From Escherichia coli (lineage in GTDB: Bacteria; Pseudomonadota; Gammaproteobacteria; Enterobacterales; Enterobacteriaceae), in the NCBI RefSeq assembly GCF_003334815.1, contig NZ_QOWO01000016.1: a DNA stretch of 64,000 nt. The stretch is one strand, 5' to 3'. The position numbers and the translations under genes were made by a program. Below, piece by piece: positions 38,544 through 49,389 of this stretch. The notes under the pieces are model-generated. The model had not been told where the DNA came from and made no database searches. It saw only the letters and a program-made list of their open reading frames with translations. The stretch's first letter is position 1, and each line of letters opens with the position of its first letter.

Positions 38544-40023
38544 CTCCATTCCGTCGAATACGCTGGTTCCGCTGTTTTATGCGGAAATGGATAACCAGGC
38601 GGCGAATACTGCACAGGACAGCGGAGCATCGCTGCTGATTGGTCATGCCAGTAACGGTGCAGAGATTGTTGCCAACAGTCTGGTACTGATGCCGTCGGCA
38701 GACTATGCACGCCAGATTTGTGGTGCGGGAAGTCAGCTGGCGCGTATGGTCGAGGCTTATCGCCAGACTGACCCGTTTGGCGAGCTGTATGTGATTGCCG
38801 TTCCTGAATCCACGGGCGCGGCGGCAACGGTTACGCTGACGGTGACCGGGGCGGCAACCGAAACCGGCACGGTGAATGTGTATGTGGGACGTACCCGCGT
38901 GCAGGCACCGGTGACTAACGGCGATAACGTCACGATGATTGCCAGCAGTATCCAGGATGCCATCAATGCCGTTCCGACCCTGCCGTTTACGGCTTCATCT
39001 TCGGCAGGCGTGGTCACACTGACCGCGCGTCATAAGGGGCTTTGCGGGAATGAAATTCCTGTCAGCCTCAATTACTACGGCTTTGGTGGGGGCGAAGTGC
39101 TGCCAGCGGGCGTACAGATTGCCGTGGCGACGGGTACCGCCGGAACGGGTGCTCCGGTTCTCACCGGCGCGGTGGCTGCAATGGCGGATGAGCCGTTTGA
39201 TTATATCGGCCTGCCGTTCAACGACACGGCCTCCGTTAACACGCTGGTGACCGAGATGAACGATACCAGCGGTCGCTGGAGCTATGCGCGTCAGCTGTAT
39301 GGTCATGTGTATACGGCAAAGATCGGCACGCTGTCAGAACTGGTGACCGCAGGTGACCAGTTTAACCAGCAGCACATTACCCTGGCGGGATACGAAAAAG
39401 AGACCCAGACGCCTGCCGACGAGCTGGTGGCAAGCCGTACCGCCCGCGCAGCGGTGTTTATTCGCAACGATCCGGCACGTCCCACGCAGACCGGTGAGCT
39501 GGTGGGTATGCTGCCTGCGCCGAAGGGGAAACGGTTCACGATGACCGAGCAGCAGACCCTGCTGTCTCATGGCGTGGCAACGGCGTATGTCGAAAGCGGG
39601 GTGCTGCGCATTCAGCGTGATGTCACCACGTACAGGAAAAACGCTTACGGTGTTGCGGATAACAGCTACCTCGACAGCGAGACGCTGCATACCAGCGCGT
39701 ATGTGCTGCGCAAACTGAAATCCGTCATTACCAGTAAGTACGGGCGTCACAAGCTTGCCAGCGACGGTACCCGCTTTGGCCCCGGTCAGGCGATTGTCAC
39801 ACCGGCGGTGATCAAAGGGGAACTGCTGGCAACCTACCGTCAGCTTGAGCGTGCGGGGATCGTGGAAAACTACGAACTGTTTAAGCAGTACCTGGTTGTG
39901 GAGCGTGATGCCAGCGATCCGAACCGCCTGAACACGCTGTTCCCGCCTGACTATGTTAACCAGTTGCGTGTCTTTGCCGTGGTTAACCAGTTCCGTCTTC
40001 AGTATTCAGAGGAGTCTGCATAA
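38527..40023 (+). CDS. Contractile tail sheath protein (Mu gpL-like)
   Basis: 498 aa, followed by tube, chaperone with frameshift, and tape measure. Confidence 0.8.
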   Translation: MTISFNSIPSNTLVPLFYAEMDNQAANTAQDSGASLLIGHASNGAEIVANSLVLMPSADYARQICGAGSQLARMVEAYRQTDPFGELYVIAVPESTGAAATVTLTVTGAATETGTVNVYVGRTRVQAPVTNGDNVTMIASSIQDAINAVPTLPFTASSSAGVVTLTARHKGLCGNEIPVSLNYYGFGGGEVLPAGVQIAVATGTAGTGAPVLTGAVAAMADEPFDYIGLPFNDTASVNTLVTEMNDTSGRWSYARQLYGHVYTAKIGTLSELVTAGDQFNQQHITLAGYEKETQTPADELVASRTARAAVFIRNDPARPTQTGELVGMLPAPKGKRFTMTEQQTLLSHGVATAYVESGVLRIQRDVTTYRKNAYGVADNSYLDSETLHTSAYVLRKLKSVITSKYGRHKLASDGTRFGPGQAIVTPAVIKGELLATYRQLERAGIVENYELFKQYLVVERDASDPNRLNTLFPPDYVNQLRVFAVVNQFRLQYSEESA

Positions 40024-40379
40024 TGGCCCGTATCGGGGGAACCTGTTATTTCAAAATTGACGGTCAGCAGCTATCGCTGACCGGCGGCATTGAGGTGCCC
40101 ATGAACAGGACGGTCAATGATGACATCATCGGCCTGGACGGTTCAGTGGACCGCAAGGAAACTCACCGTGCGCCTTATGTCAAAGGGACCTTCAAGGTGC
40201 CGAAGAATTTTCCGGTGAGCAAAATCACCTCGTCTGATGAGATGACCATCACTGCCGAGCTGGCGAACGGTCAGGTCTATGTACTGTCGTCCGCCTGGCT
40301 GCACGGCGAAGCGAACCATAATGCCGAAGAAGGTACGGTTGATCTTGAGTTCCACGGTGAAGAAGGGGATTACCAGTAA
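40023..40379 (+). CDS. Tail tube protein
   Basis: 118 aa, assigned on position. Confidence 0.75.
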   Translation: MARIGGTCYFKIDGQQLSLTGGIEVPMNRTVNDDIIGLDGSVDRKETHRAPYVKGTFKVPKNFPVSKITSSDEMTITAELANGQVYVLSSAWLHGEANHNAEEGTVDLEFHGEEGDYQ

Positions 40380-40648
40380 TGAAAGAGCTTGAGTTAAAGA
40401 AACCGATTACTGCTCATGGCGAGACACTCTCCGTACTGGAGTTTGATGAACCCACCGGGAAGGACGTCCGCGAGCTGGGGTATCCCTACCAGATGAATCA
40501 GGATGAGTCAGTCAGACTTCTGGCGCATGTGGTGTCGAAATACATTGTGCGGCTGGCGAAAGTGCCGCAAAGCTCTGTCGACCAGATGTCTCCGGCAGAC
40601 CTGAATGCAGCGGCGTGGCTTGTGGCCGGTTTTTTCCTCCAGGCCTGA
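40379..40648 (+). CDS. Tail assembly chaperone (G-like, short form)
   Basis: 89 aa upstream of the tape measure gene. Confidence 0.7.
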   Translation: MKELELKKPITAHGETLSVLEFDEPTGKDVRELGYPYQMNQDESVRLLAHVVSKYIVRLAKVPQSSVDQMSPADLNAAAWLVAGFFLQA

Positions 40649-40797
40649 CGGCTGAATACCTCACTGATCGCTTCTTTGACTGCGCCAGCTACTGGCGCAT
40701 TAATCCTTTCGAATTGCTGAATATGCCGATCAGTGAAATTCCCTTGCTGGTCAGTCAGGCAAACAGGATAGAGCAGGAGAAACGCACACATGGCTGA
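40379..40797 (+). CDS. Tail assembly chaperone, -1 frameshift-extended form (GT-like)
   Basis: Slippery T_TTT_TTC at 40630-40636 in the 0 frame (GGT TTT TTC). The -1 frame stays open to 40797 (FFPPGLTAEYLTDRFF...) and overlaps the tape-measure start. Confidence 0.6.
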
Positions 40798-42625
40798 ATT
40801 TGAGCTTAAGGCGTTGATCACCGGTGTCGACAGGCTTTCTCCCGCGCTGTCGAAAATGCAAAAGAAAATCCGGGGATTTAAACGCCAGGCGGAAGAAGCG
40901 TCACAGGGGGGGCTGGCGCTTGGTGGCGGACTGGCAGCGGGTCTGACGCTTTCCCTGAAATCTTATGCCGATCAGGAAAACGCTGCCACCGGGCTGAAAG
41001 TCGCCATGATGGATGCGAACGGCGAGGTTGGAAAGCGCTTTCAGGACATCAATAAACTGGCTATTGGCCTGGGTAACCAGCTACCCGGTACAACGGCTGA
41101 TTTCCAGAACATGATGCAGATGCTGGTGCGTCAGGGGATCCCGGCAGAAAACATTCTTGGCGGTGTGGGTAAAGCGACAGCTTATCTTGCGGTACAACTG
41201 AAAAAAACACCGGAAGCGGCTGCCGAGTTTGCCGCAAAGATGCAGGATGCTACCGGAACGGCGTCAGAAGACATGATGGGGCTGTTCGACACAATTCAGA
41301 AGGCGTTTTATCTGGGCGTTGACGATACCAACATGTTGTCCTTCTTCACTAAAACCAGCTCTGTTCTGAAGATGGTGAACAAGGACGGTCTTCAGGCTGC
41401 ACAGAGCCTTGCCCCCATCAGCGTCATGATGGATCAGATGGGGATGAACGGGGAGTCGGCAGGTAACGCCCTGCGAAAAGTTATCCAGTCCGGATTAAGC
41501 GTTAAGAAAATCAGGGACGTCAATAAAATCATGGCCCGCCAGAAACTCGGGGTACAGCTCGATTTTACTGACGGCAAAGGGAGTTTTGGCGGTCTTGATA
41601 ACATGTTCAGGCAACTGGCAAAGCTGCGAAAACTGACCGACGTTAAACGAACTGGTGTACTTAAGGCAATATTTGGTGATGATGCTGAAACCCTTCAGGT
41701 GGTCAATGCGCTGATCGATAAAGGAAAGGATGGTTACGATCAGATCCAGCAGAAGATGAATAAACAGGCCAGCCTGAATAAACGTGTTCAGGCACAGCTT
41801 GGTACGCTGTCCAACCTGTGGGAGGCAATGACGGGGACCGCAACTAACGGTCTTGCAGCTATTGGCGGCGCATTTTCTGGTGACGCTAAAAATATCACGC
41901 AATGGCTGGGGGAGTTGGGGGAAAAATTCACGAAGTTTGCGGATGAAAATCCCCGGGTTATTCGCGGCGTCGTCGGGCTTGCTGCCGGTCTTGCGATTCT
42001 GAAACTGGGATTGATGGGCGTGGGCGGTGCCATCAGTATTGTCAGCAGGATCATGTCGATGACGCCGATTGGCATGATTGCGACGGCGATAGCCCTGGCT
42101 GCGGGATTAATTATCACTAACTGGGATGTTGTCGGACCTTATTTCAAGAAGCTCTGGGAAACCATTGGTCCTTATTTTGAGGCTGGCTGGGAACTCCTTA
42201 AGAAAGTTTTTGCCTGGTCGCCGCTGGGGATGGTGATCAATAACTGGGGGCCGGTTGTTAAGTGGTTTCAGGATATGTGGGACAAGCTGAAGCCAATTAT
42301 TGAGTGGTTTACCGACAGTTCCGGTGACACGGTCGATGCCATTAACTCTGCGCAGTGGGGCGCGGGTGCTTATGATGCTTATGGGACGGGAATACCGGCG
42401 CGGGGATACACACCTTATCCGGCGGTAGAGCCGGCTCAGTCAAACAACGCCTCCGATGCCACAGGCCCGAATCCCTTCATGATCAACAAAGCTTCTGCGC
42501 CAAAAGTTGATGGTGAGATCAAGGTCTCTTTTGTGAATTCGCCTCCGGGTATGCGGGTTATGGAAACGCGATCCAGCGGTTTTGATGTCAGCCATGATGT
42601 TGGCTATACGCGCTTTGGCAGGTAA
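40790..42625 (+). CDS. Tape measure protein
   Basis: 611 aa, Ala/Gly-rich with hydrophobic segments. Confidence 0.85.
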   Translation: MAEFELKALITGVDRLSPALSKMQKKIRGFKRQAEEASQGGLALGGGLAAGLTLSLKSYADQENAATGLKVAMMDANGEVGKRFQDINKLAIGLGNQLPGTTADFQNMMQMLVRQGIPAENILGGVGKATAYLAVQLKKTPEAAAEFAAKMQDATGTASEDMMGLFDTIQKAFYLGVDDTNMLSFFTKTSSVLKMVNKDGLQAAQSLAPISVMMDQMGMNGESAGNALRKVIQSGLSVKKIRDVNKIMARQKLGVQLDFTDGKGSFGGLDNMFRQLAKLRKLTDVKRTGVLKAIFGDDAETLQVVNALIDKGKDGYDQIQQKMNKQASLNKRVQAQLGTLSNLWEAMTGTATNGLAAIGGAFSGDAKNITQWLGELGEKFTKFADENPRVIRGVVGLAAGLAILKLGLMGVGGAISIVSRIMSMTPIGMIATAIALAAGLIITNWDVVGPYFKKLWETIGPYFEAGWELLKKVFAWSPLGMVINNWGPVVKWFQDMWDKLKPIIEWFTDSSGDTVDAINSAQWGAGAYDAYGTGIPARGYTPYPAVEPAQSNNASDATGPNPFMINKASAPKVDGEIKVSFVNSPPGMRVMETRSSGFDVSHDVGYTRFGR

Positions 42626-42685
42626 TGAAAAATTAATCTGTTAATGAGTCCCACTCCGGTGGGATTTTTTATGTACGGAGTTTAT

Positions 42686-44014
42686 ATGACGTGGAAAGAC
42701 AGACTTCAGGACGCGTCATTTCGCGGTGTGCCGTTTAAGGTTGAAGAAGAAAGTGCGGGAACCGGTCGCCGTGTGGAAACACATGAATACCCGAACCGCG
42801 ACAAACCCTATACCGAAGACCTGGGGAAAATCACTTTCCGCCCGTCCATCACGGCTTATGTGGTGGGAGATGACTGTTTTGACCAGCGCGATCGCCTGAT
42901 TGACGCGCTGAATAAACCCGGTCCCGGCACGCTTGTCCATCCGACATACGGTGAGCTGAAAGTCTGTGTTGACGGGGAAGTTCGGGTCAGCACATCGAAA
43001 AGTGAAGGACGTATTGTCCGCTTTGACCTGAAGTTTGTCGAAGCGGGAGAACTCTCTTACCCCACATCAGGTGCGGCGACGGCGCAGACGCTGATGTCAT
43101 CCTGTTCTGCACTGGATGACTGCATCAGTGACAGTTTCAGTAGTTTCAGTATCGATGGCGTGGCAGATTTTGTGCAGAACGACGTCGTCGGTAATGCCAG
43201 CACAATGCTTGGGTATGTTTCTGATGCGATGAAAGTGGTGGATTCTGCCGTATCGGATGCCGCCAGGCTGTTGCAGGGGGATATCTCGGTACTTCTGCCG
43301 CCGCCATCGTCAGGCAAAAATTTCGTTGAGCAGGTGCAGAAAATGTGGCGTACCGGGAAACGCCTTTATGGTAACGCCAGCGACCTGGTCACCATGATCA
43401 AAACGCTTTCCGGTGTCAGCCTCGGCAGCGATCTGCAACCGCGCGGCGTCTGGAAAACGGACAGTAAAACCACCGCCACGGCTACGCAGCAGCGTAACGT
43501 GGTTGCCAGCACCCTTCGTACGACCGCAATCAGCGAAGCGGCGTATGCCGTCACCCGATTGCCTGCGCCAACAACTTCCGCGGTGATGCAGAATGCCGCA
43601 GTGGGGCAGGCAACAACACCTGCGCAGAGCACTGGCTGGCCTTCCGTCACGCATCCGGCACTGAACAATGCACCGGCGGTGAAAAACACAGTTGACCTGC
43701 CGACGTGGGAAGAACTGACTGACATTCGCGACACACTGAATACGGCAATTGATAAGGAGTTGTCCCGTACAACCAGTGATGCGCTGTTTCTGGCGCTGCG
43801 CCGGGTGAAAGCAGATCTGAATGCGGATATCAACACGCGCCTTGAACAGTCTGCACGGATCATTCAGCGCACGCCGGATGAGGTTTTACCCGCGCTGGTG
43901 CTGGCGGCGACCTGGTTTGATAACGCGGCGCGTGACGCGGACATTATCCGGCGTAATGCCATTACGCATCCCGGCTTTGTGCCGGTGATCCCTCTGAAGG
44001 TGCCAGTGCAATGA
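42686..44014 (+). CDS. Mu gpN-like DNA circularisation / baseplate protein
   Basis: 442 aa from MTWKDRLQDASFRGVPFKVEEESAGTGRRVETHEYPNRDKPYTEDLG, the classical N-terminal motif. Confidence 0.8.
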   Translation: MTWKDRLQDASFRGVPFKVEEESAGTGRRVETHEYPNRDKPYTEDLGKITFRPSITAYVVGDDCFDQRDRLIDALNKPGPGTLVHPTYGELKVCVDGEVRVSTSKSEGRIVRFDLKFVEAGELSYPTSGAATAQTLMSSCSALDDCISDSFSSFSIDGVADFVQNDVVGNASTMLGYVSDAMKVVDSAVSDAARLLQGDISVLLPPPSSGKNFVEQVQKMWRTGKRLYGNASDLVTMIKTLSGVSLGSDLQPRGVWKTDSKTTATATQQRNVVASTLRTTAISEAAYAVTRLPAPTTSAVMQNAAVGQATTPAQSTGWPSVTHPALNNAPAVKNTVDLPTWEELTDIRDTLNTAIDKELSRTTSDALFLALRRVKADLNADINTRLEQSARIIQRTPDEVLPALVLAATWFDNAARDADIIRRNAITHPGFVPVIPLKVPVQ

Positions 44015-45090
44015 ACGATAACGTCACGCTACGGGTAAATGGCCGGGAGTGGAATGGCTGGACATCGGTGCGCATCGGTGCCGGTATTGAACGGCTGGCG
44101 CGGGATTTCAGTGTGGAGATCACTCGCCAGTGGCCGGGAGATGAGGGTATCACCACGCTTCAGCCGCGCATTAAAAACGGTTCAAAAGTGGAAGTGCTGA
44201 TTGGTGATGAGCTGGTGATCACCGGCTGGGTGGAGGCGACGCCCGTTCGGTACGATGCCCGTTCGGTCAGCACCGGTATTGCCGGACGCAGTCTGACGGC
44301 TGACCTGATTGACTGTGCAGCCGAACCGACACAGTTTAACGGACGCTCGCTGGTGCAGATTGCGCAGGCGCTTGCTGCGCCTTTCGGTATTGAGGTGGTG
44401 AACAGCGGTGCGCCGTCGGGTGTTATTCCTGATGTTCAGCCTGATCACGGTGAAACGGTGATTGAGGTAATCAACAAAATACTCGGTCAGCAGCAGGCGC
44501 TGGCTTACGACGACCCGCACGGCAGGCTGGTGATTGGCGGTATTGGCTCAACGCGGGCACATACCGCGCTGGTACTTGGGGAAAACATCCTTTCCTGTGA
44601 TACGGAGAAGAGTATCCGGGAGCGGTTTTCTGTTTACCAGGTGGCGGGGCAGCGTGCCGGAAACGACGATGATTTCGGTGAGGCCACCACCACCGCGCTG
44701 CGGGCCCGCACAGAGGACGCATTTATTGCCCGTTACCGTCCGATGTATATCAGGCAGACAGGGCAGGCTACGGGGGCAGGCTGTATTGCGCGTGCTGACT
44801 TTGAAGCCCGGCAACGGGCGGCGCGGACGGATGAAACCACCTATGTGGTGCAGGGCTGGCGACAGGGTAACGGTACGCTGTGGCAACCCAACCAGCGGGT
44901 GATTGTCTTTGATCCGGTCTGTGGTTTTGACAATACCGAACTGCTTGTTTCGGAAGTCACGTTTACTCAGGACCAGAACGGCACCCTGACGGAAATCCGT
45001 GTCGGCCCGCCTGATGCTTATCTGCCTGAACCTGAAGCCCCCGGCGCGCGGAAAAAGAAAAAAGCCAGAGTACAGGAGGACCCGTTCTGA
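44011..45090 (+). CDS. Baseplate hub (Mu gpP-like)
   Basis: 359 aa, in Mu baseplate gene order. Confidence 0.7.
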   Translation: MNDNVTLRVNGREWNGWTSVRIGAGIERLARDFSVEITRQWPGDEGITTLQPRIKNGSKVEVLIGDELVITGWVEATPVRYDARSVSTGIAGRSLTADLIDCAAEPTQFNGRSLVQIAQALAAPFGIEVVNSGAPSGVIPDVQPDHGETVIEVINKILGQQQALAYDDPHGRLVIGGIGSTRAHTALVLGENILSCDTEKSIRERFSVYQVAGQRAGNDDDFGEATTTALRARTEDAFIARYRPMYIRQTGQATGAGCIARADFEARQRAARTDETTYVVQGWRQGNGTLWQPNQRVIVFDPVCGFDNTELLVSEVTFTQDQNGTLTEIRVGPPDAYLPEPEAPGARKKKKARVQEDPF

Positions 45091-45638
45091 TGAGGACGAT
45101 TGAAGCCATGCAGCGACAACTTCTCGGCCTGATTGGGCGGGCAGTGGTGAAAAGCATCAGTGCCGCCACGAAATGTCAGACCGTGGATGTGTCCCTGATT
45201 GCCGGTGAACCCAAAGCCGGGGTTGAACATCTTGAACCCTACGGTTTTACCGCAAGGGCAAACAGCGGTGCGGAAGCGGTGGTGTTGTTTCCGGATGGCG
45301 ACCGTTCTCATGCGGTGGTTGTTACGGTGTCGGACCGGCGCTACCGCCTGAAAGGGCTGCAGACGGGTGAGGTGGCTGTCTATGACGATCAGGGGCAGTC
45401 TGTGACGCTGACCCGGGAGGGGATCGTGGTGGACGGTGCAGGTAAAACGATCACGTTTCGCAATGCGCCCAGAGCACGTTTTGAAATGGACCTGGAAGTG
45501 ACCGGACAGGTGAAAGACCTGTGCGACTCCGGCGGCACCACCATGTCAGCGATGCGGCTTGCCTATAACGGCCATTGTCACAGAGAGAACGGTCAGGGCA
45601 GTAACACCGACAAACCGGATAAAGCGATGGAGGCATGA
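45090..45638 (+). CDS. Baseplate assembly protein V / spike (Mu gp45-like)
   Basis: 182 aa, assigned on position. Confidence 0.7.
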   Translation: MRTIEAMQRQLLGLIGRAVVKSISAATKCQTVDVSLIAGEPKAGVEHLEPYGFTARANSGAEAVVLFPDGDRSHAVVVTVSDRRYRLKGLQTGEVAVYDDQGQSVTLTREGIVVDGAGKTITFRNAPRARFEMDLEVTGQVKDLCDSGGTTMSAMRLAYNGHCHRENGQGSNTDKPDKAMEA

Positions 45639-46063
45639 TGGAACTGTGGCTGACGGTGAACGGTAAACGCACCTGCGCCAGCGCACCGCTGGATCCGCTG
45701 ACCCGCGCCGTGGTGATTTCCCTGTTTACCTGGCGGCGGGCGGAGCCTGATGACAATGCCGACGTCCCGATGGGATGGTGGGGGGATACCTGGCCTGCGG
45801 TACAGAATGACCGTTACGGCTCCCGGCTGTGGCTGCTTCAGCGCGGCAAACTGACCAATCAGCTGGTGCAGACGGTAAGGGGGTATATCCGCGAATGCCT
45901 GCAATGGATGATTGATGACGGTGTGGTGTCCCGTATTGATCTGGATATCCGCCGCACCGGGATTAATGAACTGGGTAACAGTATCACTCTCTGGCGTCGT
46001 GACGGACCGGTAATGATTTCTTTTGATGATCTGTGGAGTGCGATAACGCATGGCGGACAGTGA
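45635..46063 (+). CDS. Mu gp46-like baseplate protein
   Basis: 142 aa, assigned on position. Confidence 0.65.
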   Translation: MMELWLTVNGKRTCASAPLDPLTRAVVISLFTWRRAEPDDNADVPMGWWGDTWPAVQNDRYGSRLWLLQRGKLTNQLVQTVRGYIRECLQWMIDDGVVSRIDLDIRRTGINELGNSITLWRRDGPVMISFDDLWSAITHGGQ

Positions 46064-47108
46064 ATTTCAGCGCCCGACGCTGGCAGAAAATATCAGTATG
46101 CTCCGTAACGATTTATTCGCCAGGCTGGACGTCAGCGACACGCTCCGGCGCATGGATGAAGACGTGCGGGCAAAGGTGTATGCGGCGGCGCTGCATACGG
46201 TTTACGGTTACATCGATTATCTGGCAATGAACATGCTGCCTGACCTGTGCGATGAGTCCTGGCTGGCGCGACATGCTGCGATGAAACGGTGTCCGCGCAA
46301 GGGGGCCACGTCTGCCAGCGGGTATATGCGCTGGGAAGGTGTCAGCGATGGCCTGAAGGTGACCGCCGGGAGTGTTATTCAGCGCGATGACCTGGTTCAG
46401 TACACGGCAACTTCTGATGCAACCAGCTCAGGTGGAGTCCTGCGCGTGCCGATCGCCTGCTCAACTGCAGGCGCGGTCGGTAACGCTGACGACGGTACGG
46501 CATTAATCCTGGTCACGCCGGTGAATGGTCTGCCGTCTTCCGGTGTGGCAGATACCCTGACTGGCGGATTCGATACTGAAGATCTGGAAACGTGGCGCGC
46601 CCGCGTCATTGAGCGGTATTACTGGACGCCGCAGGGCGGGGCTGACGGGGACTATGTCGTCTGGGCTAAAGAAGTGCCCGGCATTACCCGCGCATGGACA
46701 TACCGTCACTGGATGGGAACGGGGACTGTCGGTGTGATGATTGCCGGCAGTGACCTGATTAATCCCATTCCGGAAGAATCAACGGAAACGGCGGCAAGAC
46801 AACATATCGGGCCACTGGCCCCGGTGGCAGGCTCTGATTTGTATGTGTTCAGGCCGGCGGCGCATACGGTGGATTTTCATATCCGCGTGACGCCGGACAC
46901 ACCAGAAATACGGGCTGCCATTACCGCGGAGTTGCGTTCGTTCCTGCTGCGTGATGGTTATCCGCAGGGAGAACTGAAGGTATCGCGTATCAGTGAGGCG
47001 ATTTCCGGTGCGAACGGGGAATACAGCCATCAGTTGCTTGCACCGGCGGACAATATCTCCATTGCAAAAAATGAACTGGCGGTTCTGGGGACGATTTCAT
47101 GGACGTGA
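46050..47108 (+). CDS. Baseplate J-like protein (Mu gp47-like)
   Basis: 352 aa, assigned on position. Confidence 0.75.
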   Translation: MADSEFQRPTLAENISMLRNDLFARLDVSDTLRRMDEDVRAKVYAAALHTVYGYIDYLAMNMLPDLCDESWLARHAAMKRCPRKGATSASGYMRWEGVSDGLKVTAGSVIQRDDLVQYTATSDATSSGGVLRVPIACSTAGAVGNADDGTALILVTPVNGLPSSGVADTLTGGFDTEDLETWRARVIERYYWTPQGGADGDYVVWAKEVPGITRAWTYRHWMGTGTVGVMIAGSDLINPIPEESTETAARQHIGPLAPVAGSDLYVFRPAAHTVDFHIRVTPDTPEIRAAITAELRSFLLRDGYPQGELKVSRISEAISGANGEYSHQLLAPADNISIAKNELAVLGTISWT

Positions 47109-47683
47109 CAAACGATGATTACATCCGTCTGTTGTCGGCACTGCTGCCGCCCGGTCCGGCGTGGTCAGCCAGCGATCCGGCGATTGCCGGTACGGCACCG
47201 TCATTAACCCGTGTTCATCAGCGTGCGGATGCCCTGATGCGGGAGCTGGATCCGCGCACCACCACCGAACTGATAAACCGCTGGGAGCGTCTGTGCGGCC
47301 TGCCGGATGAATGTATTCCTACAGGGACACAGACCCTTCGCCAGCGCCAGCAACGGCTGGATGCGAAGGTTAACCTGTCGGGTGGCATCAACGAGGATTT
47401 TTATCTTGCACAGCTTGCTGCCCTGGGCAGACCAGATGCTACCATCACGCGATACGACAAAAGCACGTTCACCTGCTCATCGGCCTGTACTGACGCGGTG
47501 AATGCGCCGGAATGGCGGTATTACTGGCAGATCAACATGCCAGCCGCCACCAACACCACCTGGATGACATGTGGCGATCCCTGTGATTCCGCACTGCGTA
47601 TCTGGGGCGACACCGTTGTCGAATGTGTGCTTAACAAACTCTGCCCGTCGCATACCTACGTAATTTTTAAATATCCGGAGTAA
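47099..47683 (+). CDS. Mu gp48 / YmfQ-like tail protein (DUF2313)
   Basis: 194 aa, assigned on position before the tail fibre. Confidence 0.65.
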   Translation: MDVTNDDYIRLLSALLPPGPAWSASDPAIAGTAPSLTRVHQRADALMRELDPRTTTELINRWERLCGLPDECIPTGTQTLRQRQQRLDAKVNLSGGINEDFYLAQLAALGRPDATITRYDKSTFTCSSACTDAVNAPEWRYYWQINMPAATNTTWMTCGDPCDSALRIWGDTVVECVLNKLCPSHTYVIFKYPE

Positions 47684-47686
47684 TCC

Positions 47687-48367
47687 ATGCATCGTATAGA
47701 CACGAAAACCGCGCAGAAGGATAAGTTCGGCGCGGGTAAGAACGGTTTTACCCGTGGTAACCCCCAGACTGGCACGCCTGCCACCGATCTGGATGATGAC
47801 TACTTTGATATGTTGCAGGAAGAACTCTGCAGCGTGGTGGAGGCATCCGGTGCCAGCCTGGAGAAGGCGCGGCACGACCAGTTGCTTACCGCGCTTCGTG
47901 CGCTGCTGTTAAGCCGCAAGAATCCGTTTGGCGATATCAAATCGGATGGCACGGTGAAAACGGCTCTCGAAAACCTTGGTTTGGGAGAAGCGGCAACGAG
48001 GAACGTCGGAACGGATACCGGGCAAGTACCAGATATGAGTAGTTTTACAACGGGGTACTCTGGAGCAGCAGACTGGCCGAATAGTAAATCTGGATGGAGT
48101 AAGGGGCCGGATGGGGTAATTACACAATGGGGTATTTTCGGTTTCCCCGTTGGACAGACAGGGACGAATGTTGTTTTCCCGCTACCTTTCCCCGCGCGGG
48201 TCGAATCAATTACACTGACAATGGCAGATATCCAGGAGTCTCTGCTTTCTCCAGCAACCATGCCTGCTTATGGAGTTAACTCAACTGGTACTTCAAGAAC
48301 GGGTTTTACAGCCCGTATGTCAGGCGCCGGTGGGTTTAATCTTTGCTATATAGCGAAAGGGAGATAA
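47687..48367 (+). CDS. Tail fibre: constant N-terminal part (to ~47976) fused to the currently expressed variable C-terminus
   Basis: 226 aa. The N-terminus [22 protein letters not shown] is typical of side tail fibres. The recombination site lies inside the gene at ENLGLGE. Confidence 0.8.
   Translation: MHRIDTKTAQKDKFGAGKNGFTRGNPQTGTPATDLDDDYFDMLQEELCSVVEASGASLEKARHDQLLTALRALLLSRKNPFGDIKSDGTVKTALENLGLGEAATRNVGTDTGQVPDMSSFTTGYSGAADWPNSKSGWSKGPDGVITQWGIFGFPVGQTGTNVVFPLPFPARVESITLTMADIQESLLSPATMPAYGVNSTGTSRTGFTARMSGAGGFNLCYIAKGR
47964..47989. repeat. Invertase crossover site, left (26 bp, hix/gix/pix-like)
   Basis: The reverse complement TTCTCCCAAACC-AA-GGTTTTCGAGAG fits the pattern TTxTCxxAAACC-NN-GGTTTxxGAxAA. 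Confidence 0.75.
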
Positions 48368-48371
48368 CAGA

Positions 48372-48815
48372 ATGAATAAAGTTAAAAGTGTTTACAGCCC
48401 GTCCGAAAATGCAATCTACAACGCAGCGCTATATGAAAGTTATATCAAGGAGGGGACATGGCCGCAGGATGGTATTGAAATCAGCGATGAGGATGCTGTC
48501 AGATTTAATGGGGGAAATAAGCCAACAGGAAAAATGCTGGGAATGGTTTCAGGGACCCTTGCATGGGTTGATGAGCCGCCGCTTTCACCAGAACAGAAAA
48601 TATCAGATGCAGAAAACATGAAAGCCACATTTCGTGCAAAAGCTGACAGTGAAATATCCTGGCGTCAGGATGCTGTTGATGCTGGTATCGCAACTGATGA
48701 AGAAACTTCAACTCTCACCCAATGGAAGAAATACCGTGTGCTGCTGATGCGTGTTGATACTTCAACAGCACCCGATATTGAATGGCCTACGCCTCCGGCA
48801 GTCCAGGCCAGATGA
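48372..48815 (+). CDS. Tail fibre assembly chaperone (Tfa), currently expressed orientation
   Basis: 147 aa with the C-terminus ...YRVLLMRVDTSTAPDIEWPTPP. Confidence 0.8.
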   Translation: MNKVKSVYSPSENAIYNAALYESYIKEGTWPQDGIEISDEDAVRFNGGNKPTGKMLGMVSGTLAWVDEPPLSPEQKISDAENMKATFRAKADSEISWRQDAVDAGIATDEETSTLTQWKKYRVLLMRVDTSTAPDIEWPTPPAVQAR

Positions 48816-49389
48816 CGTCCGGCGCTGTGCTGGTATCTGTTGCCGTCACCGCGTCAATGTAATCCAGCACGGCGTTAAGTCGGGTTGTTTCTGCCGGCGT
48901 CAACTTCCGTCCGGCCTGTAATTTCAACTGAATCAGACTGATGGAAGCCATTGCAGCATCAATCAGATACTGGCGCTGTGCTTCTGCCGCTTCTACTGCG
49001 GCGCTATGCTGTGCCTCAGTATCCGTCACCCATTTCTCACCATCCCATTTATCGTATGGCGTTAATGGGGCGATAGTGGTTGTATTATCAGGGTAATCAC
49101 CCGGAGCTGTGATTTCTTTGGCGTCTCCCGTTTCGGTGCTATAGACAATTTCACCACGATGGTCTGACACATATTCCCATGATTTTAAATCCATAGAACG
49201 GCAGATAGCATAACCCGCCTTATATGTGCCAGGTTCATCCAGACAGGAATATGCAGGGATACCGACACCAATGGCAAGATATTCATTTGAAGTAGAAATA
49301 TATTCCCGAGTTTTACCATCATAGTTATAGACGGTAATATTCCCCGCCTTCGTGGCAATAAGCTCGCTATTTAATACGGCGTTATCCAT
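48787..49389 (-). CDS. Alternative tail fibre assembly chaperone (silent orientation)
   Basis: 200 aa with the C-terminus ...DAVTATDTSTAPDVIWPGLPEA. Confidence 0.8.
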   Translation of the reverse strand: MDNAVLNSELIATKAGNITVYNYDGKTREYISTSNEYLAIGVGIPAYSCLDEPGTYKAGYAICRSMDLKSWEYVSDHRGEIVYSTETGDAKEITAPGDYPDNTTTIAPLTPYDKWDGEKWVTDTEAQHSAAVEAAEAQRQYLIDAAMASISLIQLKLQAGRKLTPAETTRLNAVLDYIDAVTATDTSTAPDVIWPGLPEA

